A stretch of DNA of 51,330 nt, filler included, from Bipalium vagum (taxonomy: Eukaryota): the NCBI GenBank assembly GCA_037834085.1. It is 3 parts of 3 records of this genome, joined end to end, with 100 filler letters (N's around TTAATTAATTAA, not from the genome) between each part and the next. Parts side by side here need not be neighbours in the genome. Positions count along the whole stretch, not along the records: positions 19,770 to 35,452 come from JBBMKC010151911.1; positions 35,553 to 51,330 come from JBBMKC010146352.1; 1 more part is not named here. The stretch is one strand, 5' to 3'. Positions 24,762 to 36,372 of the stretch are shown here, one piece after another. The notes under the pieces are model-generated. The model saw only the letters and a list, made by a program, of their open reading frames with translations. It had not been told where the DNA came from and ran no database searches. The position numbers and the translations under genes are program-made. Position 1 is the first letter of the stretch; the number at the start of each line of letters is the position of its first letter.

Positions 24762-27700
24762 CTAACATTTGCTCGTCCACCCGTGACTAGGACTCGGTTT
24801 CTGAGACCACTTGATCGCTTGGGCAATAGTTTCTTGGATCGTCGGAAAAATTGGCACTCTCTCTCTGCGAGCCAGGTCAAGGAGATACTTCCGACCCCTG
24901 TTGTGATCATTGCGAGCGTCGTCCGACAGCAAATTGAAATTAGAAATATTTTGAAAAGAAAATGCTAATTCCGATTTGTCAATACTGGAACCGAGCTGAC
25001 CATGGTCAGACATTGACAGTTTATGAGATAAGGGGGGAAGACTAAACTGGCCGTTGTTGGTGTTGGACTGATAGGTGGTAGTTGCTGACTCAGCGGTTCG
25101 TAAATAGGAATAGAAAGAATGATTATTAACATCATTGATGGAGGACACGGGAAATGAACATGAAGACTGTAGGAATTGGTTCATCGGTGTTTCTGAAGGC
25201 GAGCCAACATAGGTTGTCAACATTTGCACAAAAAGCAAAACTTTCCTGCCTTGGCCAATGAAGTGAGCTACCTAAAATAAACAATCAGTTTATCAAGGGT
25301 ACAGTGCGACCACGATCAACGTCTCTTCATCAAAACCAGCAATGGATGAAAATATTGCTCAATAAGATTTATAATTATATAATGGGATCGAAACAATTCG
25401 GGGTTTATAAAATTTAAAGAAGGTAGACATTAAACTGTCAACTGAAGTTGAAATTCATAGAACTACATTAAAAAATAAATTAAAGTTTTGAAGAGAAGAA
25501 CTTTTAATTCAATCTAATTTCAATTCGTGGTGCGCCCAATAAGTACTGAGCCTATGGTAGAAAATAAGAAACGATCACAAAATAATTTTGTATTAATAGC
25601 AATGAATATGTACAGATAATTACAGTACATCTGCTAACATTTAGACGCACAGTGAGCTCTCTTGTTATGATTCTTATTTCATTTTGTATAATTTCATGTA
25701 GGTTTTCCGTTGTTTTTTTCACTGATTTCGCATGTCCTTCCTGATTTTTCACCTTCCACCACGGAAGTTCTTCCAACTTTAAATTCATTGTACCATCATT
25801 TTGTTGTAGCCCATGAAGGACTTTGTTCACCCTAAACATCATCTAATTCCTTTTGAATTTCTTCTCGACTTTTTTTCTTCAAATAGAAGAAAGAATGACG
25901 CTTTAATATTGCACATTTTCTAAAGAAATTTTAAAATATGCGATTTACCTGATAAACATAAAATATTATATTAAAACAAATATCGCACATTTACCTATAA
26001 TATATCGCACTTTATATAATTATAATATTTAAAATTTACATTAACCTTTCTACATTAGGCTCACTACTTATTTGGCAAACCACGTAAATAAAATAATCGT
26101 TGTTTAAATATTACTTCACGATAATCGATATATCCACAAAACCAGACAAAATGAGTTGTATTCATTATCTGCTTCATTTTTATTTGTCGTCTGTTTTGCA
26201 AAAAGAATCGAAACATGAATTTAAAATTTTCCAACCTGTAAGAAGAAAAAGTGACTAAGAGTTAACAAAAGAATATGGTTAAAGAAATGGATTTTAAACG
26301 AAGTTCAAGTGAAGTCAAACGAAGGTTCAAAGATATAGAAGAAGGGCTCCAACTTAATGACTCTTGTCTCAATGAGTATTCGGCCTCTTGCTGTCCGATG
26401 AGGCTGCAATTTTGTGGCAAAATTTCAAGACAGACGACTACAAAAGTGAAAGCAAAAGGTTGGTTTCAAGAGACTTTTACCATTAAAAAGTTGATTTCTG
26501 AGATGATAATGGCACTTGCTGAGTTGAAACAAAATATTGATGAAAGGTTTGCAACCTTTGAAATCTGCTGGACAATGTCCTGGACTCCGGATTATCCAGA
26601 GATAAAATTTTAGCTGATTTTTAAGCAAAAAGAGCCAAGAGCATGGGTCTTAAAGAAGCTCTAATAACAAGGCCGAAAATTGAAGTAAAGAAAATTAGAG
26701 ATCTGGCCAAATTATATGAGAATAAAGAAAAAGCTTACGAGATAGTTCAAGTCAGCACAGTTAGGCCGCGGACATATGTAGAGTTGGTACAAGAAGTATA
26801 ACCAAATTTATATTGCCACACCAGATCGAAATTAGTGGTCCAGATGAAACAAAATAAAGGAGAATCGAGTGGTTGAAAAAATACCAATAATCTTGACCAA
26901 AGAGGATTTATGTTATTTATTATGGGTTTGTTTGAATAAATACTTTTTGACGTTCACGTGTTATATTTTCTACCGTTATGAAGAACGAACTAGCTCTGAT
27001 AATGGTCAAAATACATTATTACTACTACTACTACCTTTAGATGACCTTTACTATTTGTTAAATATTTTGAAAGGTAAAACATTTATGGTGACAAAAACCA
27101 CTATTTGTAATTCTTAGGGGTTTTTTTCAAATTCTCATAATTCCTGAAGAATGGTAACGAAGATAGGCTTTCGTCTTTTTTTGTCTTTAATTCTTTCAGG
27201 AAATGACAATCTCCTAATTGCTGACCCCATGTTTGTTAAATCAATTTATAAGAATACCACATAAAAATAGAATACCTCAACCAACGTGGCCGTGGAGGTG
27301 CATTCGTTCGTTATTATGTAAACCAGAACTTTGGATTTATCCCGCGCTTCTGCCTCAAAAGGAAGCAGTTTCCTGTGCCAGTCACATTCGTACATCTTGA
27401 ACATCAAAGCAAATTATCGAGCTGTTGAGGTGAAACTGAAAACTTACTTTAGGGTTGTAATACGTGCAGCCAGCGTTCTCAATGAGTGGAATCGCGATTT
27501 TCTCCCTCCAATTGCTGTTACCACATGTGCCACCCAGATAGACATCGTACTTTTCTTCAGATATTAAAACTTGGGGCTCCATTTCTACAAATTCCGTATT
27601 TAGTGCGGTTCCAATTTCGCCTAGCGGTTTTATGGCTCGACGACGAAACGGACAAACTAAAAGACGAATAAGACAGGATGCCTATATATTAATGAAAATT

Positions 27701-30700
27701 GGTTTAATTTTGTCGAAAAGTATTTTCTTTATAAAACTATTAGACTAAGCTGAGCTGAGAATAAAGGAAATGTGATGATGGGACACCAAACCCTTGGCTA
27801 TGGCGTGGATCAAAGACAAGACGATTTTCTTGTGAGGATTAGATATCATATGGGCGTACAAACGGAGTAGTATGACGTCAGTTATTATGATTATTAATAA
27901 AAATCAGCCATAAATAGTCACTTGTTTCAATTCGGTTCGACTACTTAACCTTAAGATAACATTCATCAATACACTTGATGGTTAAGTGAAATGAATCAGC
28001 TCCATATCCTCATTTAAGTCCAAGGTGTGCACGTACATGTATTAATGTTCAAAGTGTCACGAAATGTCGGTATACTGAAAACCATGATTAGTCCATTAAA
28101 AATTCTGAAATGGTCTTTCTTGGTTAATTTTGTTGCTTGAAGACTGTCGTTATCTGAAAGTTTAATTTTCAGTTTCTCTACCCTCATTTTCAGTTCTCTG
28201 CCTATGATCTCAATAGAGTCGATACTTGATATATTAGAAATGTTAATGTGCACGAGGAAGCATTAGTATAGGGACATATTGTGAGATATAATACCGAATA
28301 TAAACCAGATCTCGGAAAGTAGCTCGGACTAGATAATGACGTCATAGGTGACCATTATTCGTCTCAAAAAGAGAATGGTTATTAGGTTAATGCGTAAGTA
28401 AAAGCTGATTTTTAGCAATTACTTTAAAATTCAATGAATCAATAATAAATTCATTAATGATTTGATAATTCAAACAAAATCTATTAATCAAACTATAATC
28501 CTTTGAAATCCAAATACTTCTGCCAATGGTAAATAGACATGTTTATTTAAATTGTATAATATCCAGAACTTAAAGAAGCGAATGTTCTTACAGACTCTTC
28601 TTTTTGGAATAGCACAAATATTTCCAGGCGCTTGACAAATTGAAAATTAGATGGTCCTAAATCTGGTGACTATGTAGCATTATCAAATGTTTCATATCCA
28701 AAGTAAAACAATTTTTCTCGAGTGATCTTTAACAGTGTGGTTGAGCGTTGTCATGAAGCAAGAGTTTATTAACTGACTCACATTAGTTATTTGCCAACAA
28801 ATAGAAAATTGAAAAAAGTCGGCAACTGTAGAAATTGCTATTGGAAAGAAGAAACTGCCTCACAAGTCTTATGCGACTGCATCTACATAATCCTTGTGGT
28901 ACGAAAAAGGCACGATGATGTACGCGATATCTTAGTTGATTTGTTATCTACACTTAAAAAGGAATGTGAAATACACCTCGAAAAGAAAAACATTTTTATG
29001 TCAAAACTTAATTCCAGATATACAATTAGGCAATAAGAGACATAAAATATACCTAATTATAGACGTCAAAGTCCCTTTTAAATCAGAGATCTCTATCAGG
29101 GGTAATGACAAAACAAAATATGAGACTTAATTGGACGAAGCCGAATCCAAATTCAGAAGAACATGGTACTATAATATCAGAACATTTATAAGTCCCTGAT
29201 CCCATCAACTATCACATACTCGGGGCATTAGGATTTAAAATAGCAGAAATTAATTCAATTATGGAAATATATGCGTCAGGACGATCATCAACACCCATAA
29301 TATCTGGGAAAAATTCGTAGCCAGAGAGGAGACGAACATTTAAAAAAACTTCTCCATGTCAATGACAACCATATCTTTGATTTGAAGTAAATCACTGTTT
29401 TTGTTTAAAAGAGTAATATATTAAATTTACACTTTGAACAGACCTTTCGGAAATAATAATCTCACGAGGATTCAACAAGTTGTGATGAATGATCACCAAA
29501 AAATTACTCGTTTCTATTTCTGATTTGACACTACTTTTGGAAAAAGTCAAGGACGTTCATCACCACGAAACTATTGTATAGATCGTACTTGGTTATCATA
29601 CAACATCCATTTCCAATCACACCTTACTATACGACCGAGAAACTGTTTCTGTTGCCCTGAAGATCTGAGAAGATTTCGTAACGGCGACTGGTTTCAAGTG
29701 CCGTCAAATTGTGTTATTCAAGTACTGGAAATGGACATCTTCTGGTGGACTTTTAAAACCCCCATCGTGCTAGACCCGAAATATTTATAGCCATCTACGT
29801 TGCAGATTATTTATTCGTTCAAAATCGGAACTAAACTAATCATCTTTTCTTCAGCAATCGGAAGCAAGTCTTGATTCACATAAATTCAGAATAAAAAATA
29901 AAAATGTATTTTAATAAAAGACTGACGAGACCTTTTTTGTGATCTTTCAAAAAGATAAAATCGAAAAAGAAATGCTTACGAATTTATTGTCACTTTTCAG
30001 ACAGGTGCAGAGAACGTTTCTCGGACTGGATTTCTTTTCGACTTGTTCCTTGACTACAGTCATTTCCAACTGATGTTTGAGATTGACTGAAGACTTTTGG
30101 CGACCGCTGTTATCTATCGGTTCTAGGTTTTCCAAGGAACTAGTTCTCACTTTAAAATTCACTTCTGAGACCGGTCGTTCCTGCTCTTTTAGATGTTGCA
30201 AGTAGTTCAAGAGAAGAATGGAGTATTCAATGCAAAACTCCGGAAAGGTGAACGACTGCTTTTCCTTACTGACCAGAGGAACTTGTTGGTTGAACAAGGT
30301 TTTCAAGGCCACTTTTACCTGACATATCAATGGGTTATTATATTTTACAAAAATATTGATCTCAAAAATGAATCACTCACCGAAAAAATGATCAACGAAA
30401 GTTATGCTCAAGATCAGTGCATTTAATAAAACCGATGTTCAAAGTACTCTATTTCATTAACCACCATATATTAAAAATAAACAAATGAGTAAGGTTACAG
30501 ACATTACTGAAACTAAATTTAAAATTAATATCCTAATTAAAAATCTTAGAGTGACGGTTGTATTAAAACTGATTGGATAAATTCGTTGTCTGCCAATTTT
30601 GTATGAAAATATTTTATTTAAATCTTTGAGATTTTGTAGAAATGAGATAAAAGTTGATTTTGTTTCAATAAATCAATGATGAAAAATATTTTAAACTTAG

Positions 30701-33344
30701 ATATGAATTTCGATTTGAAAATTGATTTAATTCGATGTTTTTATGGCAATGGAAATTTCCTTAAAACTGAAATTAGGGAAATCAAATGCCAAAGAAATTT
30801 AATTATGAGCCAATTTACATGGCTGATAGCTAACCAGCTTATTCTATTTTATCAACCTTCTTGGATGGAAAAACGAAAAAACGAAGATTGCTCTCGTTTT
30901 ATTATCGAAGAGCTGGAAACCGCATTATTTTGCATTAGACGAAGAAAGAATTAATGTTTTCTGTTAGAGAAAACTATTTGGAGAACATAATCTAGGGAAA
31001 ACTGCTGCATTCCATTTACACCACATATCATTAATAATATAATTTTTTGTCCATTTTATTCCTCATTTACTTTTTTTCTTGGTTTTGATACAACCGGTAT
31101 ATTAAGTAAACGTTTTAAAATCTAATTAAAATAATTAAAGTCCTTGTACATAAAAATAAAGCTAATAATTTTAATGAACTTATAATTTTTTTCTCAATTA
31201 CAGGGTTATGCAGAAATATATATAAAAATATTCAAAATATATAGAAAAATATTAAGAAATATATAGTGGAAATGTACACTAAATAAATTTTTGTCTCACC
31301 AAGGCTTTTTCTATAAACCGCCTTATGTTACGAAAATAATCACTTAAATAGATATCGTCACGCATGAGTACTTGGGTAATCAATTCTTATTAATCGTCCC
31401 GATCTATAATGGTTCTCATAAAGGATAATATTTGCGACTTACAAGTCTAGGCGAATATATTGGCAGAAATCTGTAAGCAATACGTCGTTCTGTCAGCAAC
31501 TTAATAACATCTTTGCGGTGATGACACCTGCATTTGTCCATCATTAATACATCACAAGGATTTCGATCGTAATGATTGCATAGCTTGTCATTAATAAAGT
31601 CCATAAAACTGTCCCCATCGGAAGATCCGTCTTTGATTTAATAAATAAACAGATGACAAAACAATGAAACCTGTCATTTTAATAGCAACCATGCCGCTGA
31701 TATTATTGGCAGACTAAAATGCGATCAAATTCAAATAGAAACAATCGAATATTTATCTATATATTTCTGTATGTAACATTTTTAAAAACTGAGAATAATT
31801 ATTATAATCAATTTGTTTAAATATTAGAAAATTAGGAAGGAAGTTTGAAAAACGATCAAATATATATCTTGTATTGAAGTAATTATTGGCAATTTTTTAT
31901 TATGGATTTATTAATAAATAAAGCATATGGAAAAGAGTGATAATTCAGGTACGGTAAATGTGGCAGTCTGTGTATACAGTAAAACCAGTGAAAATGACAA
32001 GTTTATCATTTGTTCTATTCAACCTGAAAAAGAAATTTTGTTTGACAAGACTCTCAAGATACTCAATAAAACGGTGGTCTCTAAATTATCGAAAGTATAA
32101 GTTAAATCAGAACTTTGACTCAGGGTGCCTTCATGATGAAGATCGAATGATTTTTTGTTCTGAGCTTTTTGTTCCTGCCAACCACCAGTACTGCCAATTC
32201 TTAAAATGATCCGTCTATCAAAGTTCTCGTTCATACACTTGTCCATGATGATCGCTTATTGATCTATCATTGGGTCAATAAAGGAATGGTGTGGTTGATC
32301 AGAGGGTTATAAATAGTGTTTAGCTAAATGAAGTCGGGCAATAACAGATTTGTGATTGTCTTAGATGCCCGGGGCTGTACGCGCGCTATAATGACAGTAT
32401 CAACGAGTATTTTTTTTAGCTAGAATTAGCCGGGTAATCTGTTAAAACACTGTCGTATCAGGGATAGTGGATTGAAAATTTTCCACTTGAACGAGAACCT
32501 CCTACTTCCGCTGATCACGTTCCTGCCAATTCTTAAAATGATCCGTCTATCAAAATCCTCGTTCAGTATCCGGAATGCAAATCACGATCTACTCTGAAAT
32601 ACATTTGTGAATCACCCGAAAATCTTGCTCTTGTCTCGAGATCTGCAAAGAATTTTTAGCTTTACAAATAATTTTAATTCGAAAAAATTCCTGGCCTTAA
32701 CAAACTGAAAAATTTGATGGCAGTAAATAGGAAAAAGAAAAGAAAGAAATATTTTAATTGTGCCAGCCGATTTTGATTCGATTCAGATCAGTTTCGTTTT
32801 TCCTAATTATCTCCAGACGAAAAATGCCTATAGAAATAAGATCAGATCAAAAATTCTGTTTTGATCTGATCATTTCTGTTAACCATGAAAAATCTCATTA
32901 ATTATAATCAGTAAAAGAAATCATCTCGTTTGCATACTTGCAAATATGGCATTTATTATACATACAAAATAATAATAATAATAATATTATTATATTAAAA
33001 ACTAAATAACATAATAATAAATATAATCATTTTATATTATTATTTTTGTTGATAATTATTAATTTTATAGAAATATTTATTAATTAAAAAAATAAATAAA
33101 ATATTGGAAAAATGATCCTCACATCGTTTTGATTGAGAGATCCAGATTTCGTAGGATCAAGAGATTGAAAGACCATTTTGAGAGTTCTAATTAAATTGAA
33201 TAATTCCCATTAATTAAATAATGGATTAATTAATTCATACCTCACCGTTCTGGACACATTTACAAAAGAGTGTTTCACTGGGACAACTCCGTCAATTTCA
33301 GTCAAATCCTGGACCATGGATTTCTGAATTATCAGTACATCAAG

Positions 33345-33397
<53 letters not shown>

Positions 33398-33552
33398 GAT
33401 ATAAAATAAAAATAAAATAATAAGAAGAAGATAAGAAAAATATAAATATAATAATAATATAAAATAATAATAAGAAAAATAATAATAATACTAATAAAAA
33501 TAATAAAATAATAAGAAATAATAAATATAATATAATAATAATACTAATACTT

Positions 33553-33591
<39 letters not shown>

Positions 33592-34014
33592 TAAGAATAA
33601 AAATAACAATAATATGAAATAATAAAATAAAAAAATAAAACTGAGAATTTATTAATTAGAGAAATCAAATTTATCACAGTGAGAAAAAACAGAAGCAATT
33701 AATCTGCGGTCGGCTTTCTCGCCTACCGACCGGTGTCAGCGGTCTTCCAGCCGAACGAAAATCTCATAAATAATGATAACCGATTTTCGGAAACCGTTTA
33801 TTAAAAAATAATTTCCCGTCAACTGCTTTCCCTCGTATCGACCATAACATTTTTTGAAAATAAACAAGCTCCATCGCAAAAAATAATATTTACAGATATC
33901 AAACAGATTCTGGTGGCCTTCAGAGCATCGTACACGGTACTGAAGAGTGGGATCCCCTGCTTCTGGACGAGGTAGGCGATGAAGAGAAAGCTGCGGTTTA
34001 TCGACTGAAACTCT
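24762..34014 (-). CDS. raw: Raw/OLRN-1-like protein: two NDT-like (TIR-fold) domains flanking an EF-hand; 5' part not resolved
   Basis: Phase-compatible exons 33894-34014, 33241-33323, 33123-33186, 29980-30318, 27448-27681, 27276-27395, 24762-25271 (possible further exon 34976-35001). Motifs LVQKQGIPLFSTVYDAL, VFQSLDPTKSGSLNQNDVKVAL, YDVYLGGTCGNSNWREKIAIP..YYNP, TLVEVAHFIG, DHNRGRKYLLDLA. Confidence 0.85.
25526..26084 (-). mobile_element. Internally deleted mariner
   Basis: ~28-bp TIRs CGTGGTGCGCCCAATAAGTACTGAGCCT / AGGCTCACTACTTATTTGGCAAACCACG+TA; decayed HTH WYNEFKVGRTS..SGR. Confidence 0.85.
28700..29340 (+). mobile_element. Decayed RLE non-LTR retrotransposon 3' fragment
   Basis: LPT..CRNC..EETASQVLCDC..RHD, then frameshifted IPDI..IIDVKVPF..KY. 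Confidence 0.8.
31400..31710 (-). mobile_element. IS630/Tc1-type DDE transposase fragment
   Basis: FMDFI..LMMDKCRCHH..V..LL..YRFLPIYSPRL. Confidence 0.75.
32299..32527 (+). pseudogene. Degenerate 18S rRNA fragment (3' major domain)
   Basis: GCAATAACAGATTTGTGATTGTCTTAGATGCCCGGGGCTGTACGCGCGCTATAATG..GGGTAATCTG..CTTGAACGAG..CTGATCACGTTCCTGCC tracks universal SSU motifs, with substitutions and a deletion. Confidence 0.88.
33345..33640. repeat. (TAA)n microsatellite / low-complexity tract
   Basis: Pure TAA runs at ~33345-33395 and ~33555-33590 within degenerate A/T sequence. Confidence 0.9.
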
Positions 34015-34239
34015 CTGAAAAACAAATGGACAATCGGACTGGCTTTCAAAATAGTTTGCAAGTAAGAAGATAACAACACCCCACACATTTCAGCTGACAC
34101 TCACAACAAAGAACAAATCAATAAAGTGTTTTAAATGATTATTTTTCGACATTTCAATTAATTCCTTTGCAAAGGTATTCAAAAATAAAATTTTGTTACA
34201 GTTTTTAAATTAGTCTCAGATTACACTAACAGCCCATTG

Positions 34240-34500
34240 ATTTTTACAATATCCTGCTTGTATATTGATCTTTGATTTTTTTGGCTAATCAAAATTGTTT
34301 TAAAAATTCTTTTTTTAATTATTATTTTCAAAATTCTCGTAATCACTGGACATTCTTCAACATTAACTCCTTTTTCTTACAGCGCAATTCACGTGATTAT
34401 CTAAACCGTCACGAGTTTTGCTCAATTGCGAATGTTTGATGATAATTGTTTTGAGGCAACGCTGTCTCTCCTATGTATAAACCGGTACATTTATCATATT
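34240..34500 (-). mobile_element. Second Penelope-like GIY-YIG relic, same family as 10765-11100
   Basis: GLYIGE..RCLKTIIIKHSQLSKTRDGLDNHVNCAVRK aligns with RHLRALISEHSQLSRTSKVLDHSLNCVVRK. Confidence 0.65.
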
Positions 34501-34507
34501 TCAATTA

Positions 34508-34959
34508 ACGGATTTCCCCGAAAATAAGCCCACTCGAAAATGGGATAATATAATTATTTTCAGATGGGCTTATTTTTGGAAATGGGTTTAAGGTTTTAGG
34601 CTTTGTGATAAAATCGTTTTTTCAATAATTTTTGATAGATTAATTATTTTAATATTAGATTTCATGCAAAATTAAAAACTGTATTGAACTCAGATGATCG
34701 TGGAAGTGATATTGCAGCAAACGAAATGAATGATTCTAAAGAAAAAGCTGACTGATTGCTTTTTGAAATGATTTTTTTGAATTCTGATGAAATTGAATAA
34801 AAACGTTAGCCGAATTCGCGCACTTTTAAAATCAATATTAATGTTTAAAAGCAGAAATCTATTTTTATCATATTTCTAAACTATTTTATATATTTAGTAC
34901 AGATTTTTGAAAGCAAGTTTTCGGAAATAAGTCTGCGGCTTATTTTCGGGGAAACCCAG
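34508..34959. mobile_element. 452-bp pogo/Tigger-type MITE
   Basis: TA+ACGGATTTCCCCGAAAATAAGCC ... GGCTTATTTTCGGGGAAACCCAG+TA, with internal GAAA(A)TAAG sub-repeats. Confidence 0.85.
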
Positions 34960-35452
34960 TAGTTCACGACATTACCGTGAAAGGCTGGAGACGTTAGTGT
35001 TCTAATTTTTAAATATTTTTCCGTTTCACCTTTTTTAATATATTAAAAGGTCGTCGATATTTTTAATCTTAATAAAAATACGTAAATAGGCAAAAGTTAT
35101 ATTTTTCTTACAATAAAAATTATCATTTCACGGAATGAAAGTGTAAAATTTATGAGTATTCGATGTGATCACCATTAGAGGTCGCAACCGCTTCAAGTCG
35201 GGTCGAAATGCGCAGCATGCTAGCTTAACCTCTTTCATGTCAAATTAATTCATTACATTTATTATAACCTTCTGTAAATACTTGATTGTGATTTGAGGTT
35301 TTGAGCTAACTCGGGACTTAACTAAGTCTCATTTATAATAATCTAAGTAATTGCAATCAGGGGTCGAGGGTGGCCATTGTGAGTATTTAAACATATTTTT
35401 GAATTTTTAAATTTTTATAAAGTGTCCTTTTTAAAACTCAATATTCGAAGAT

Positions 35453-35552
35453 NNNNNNNNNNNNNNNNNNNNNNNNNNNNNNNNNNNNNNNNNNNNTTAA
35501 TTAATTAANNNNNNNNNNNNNNNNNNNNNNNNNNNNNNNNNNNNNNNNNNNN
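35453..35552. other. Artificial contig linker
   Basis: Identical 100-bp N/TTAATTAATTAA spacer. Confidence 0.97.
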
Positions 35553-36090
35553 TGCGGAATCCATTTGTCCAATTTCTTTGACTTTCCTATTTGGCGAAGA
35601 TGGTTCGAAACAGTCATAGCTGAAACGCCAATCTTACGGCTAATTTTTCGAACAGTGGAACGTGGATCACTCTCAACCAGAGCTTTCAAATCGTCATTGG
35701 AGATAGAAGATCTTCGCCCACAACCATCTTTATCTTGAATGTCTTCATCTCCATCTTTAAATCTCTGGAACCAGCGTTGAGAGCTACGTTCGCTGGTGGT
35801 ACCTTCTCCAAAAATGCGATTGATATTTCGAGCGGTTTGTGCACCATCACCACCCATTTTGAATTCATACAAGAAAACTGCTCTACTTTGGGAGTCGTCA
35901 ATCATTATTCAAATACCAACAAAATTATACATGATATTAATCATTTATTAAATTTTTTGTTGAAATACCTTTTTTAAAATTTACGCTTCAATATGAAAAC
36001 AAATTTATATCAATAAAACAAATTTTCCTTTATTAATTCATACTGCAACAATTAAGTTTCATAAACCGCCATAATTTCTTTACAACCCAA
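35553..36090 (-). mobile_element. Mariner (cecropia/Hsmar1-like) 5' half; ORF from 35905 is open to the segment end
   Basis: TA+TTGGGTTGTAAAGAAATTATGGCGGTTT TIR; RAVFLYEFKMG..TARNIN..QRWFQRF..HLRQIGKSKKLDKWIP. Confidence 0.93.
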
Positions 36091-36372
36091 TATTACTTTT
36101 TAAAATATTTAAAAAGATTTTAACAAAAATATCTCTATAGAACGTCATCTCACTACAACGCCAAACCCCTTTGTAACGTCACATCAATGGGCCCTAAATT
36201 GAATATTCAATTGTATAGCATGTAAATTTTTGCTATACTAAGAACAAATATAAATGGATTAATAAAATCAAAAAGGTCATTGAAGATGGTTATTGCTCCA
36301 AACGTGCTTGATTAAATTATTGCTAAATAAAATTGCTAAAATAAAATCGACGAATGACAGACTTTATTGATG

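Noticed and set aside
26200-26900. Possible decayed gag-like ORFs
   Set aside because: No diagnostic motif
29610-30450. Exon-like stretches with single in-frame TGA, suggesting TGA reassignment
   Set aside because: The raw gene splices cleanly without them; TGA terminates two genes in segment 3 and no confident exon contains TGA
33210-33698. 162-aa Ile/Tyr-rich ORF
   Set aside because: Translation of the (TAA)n microsatellite; only 33241-33323 is a real exon
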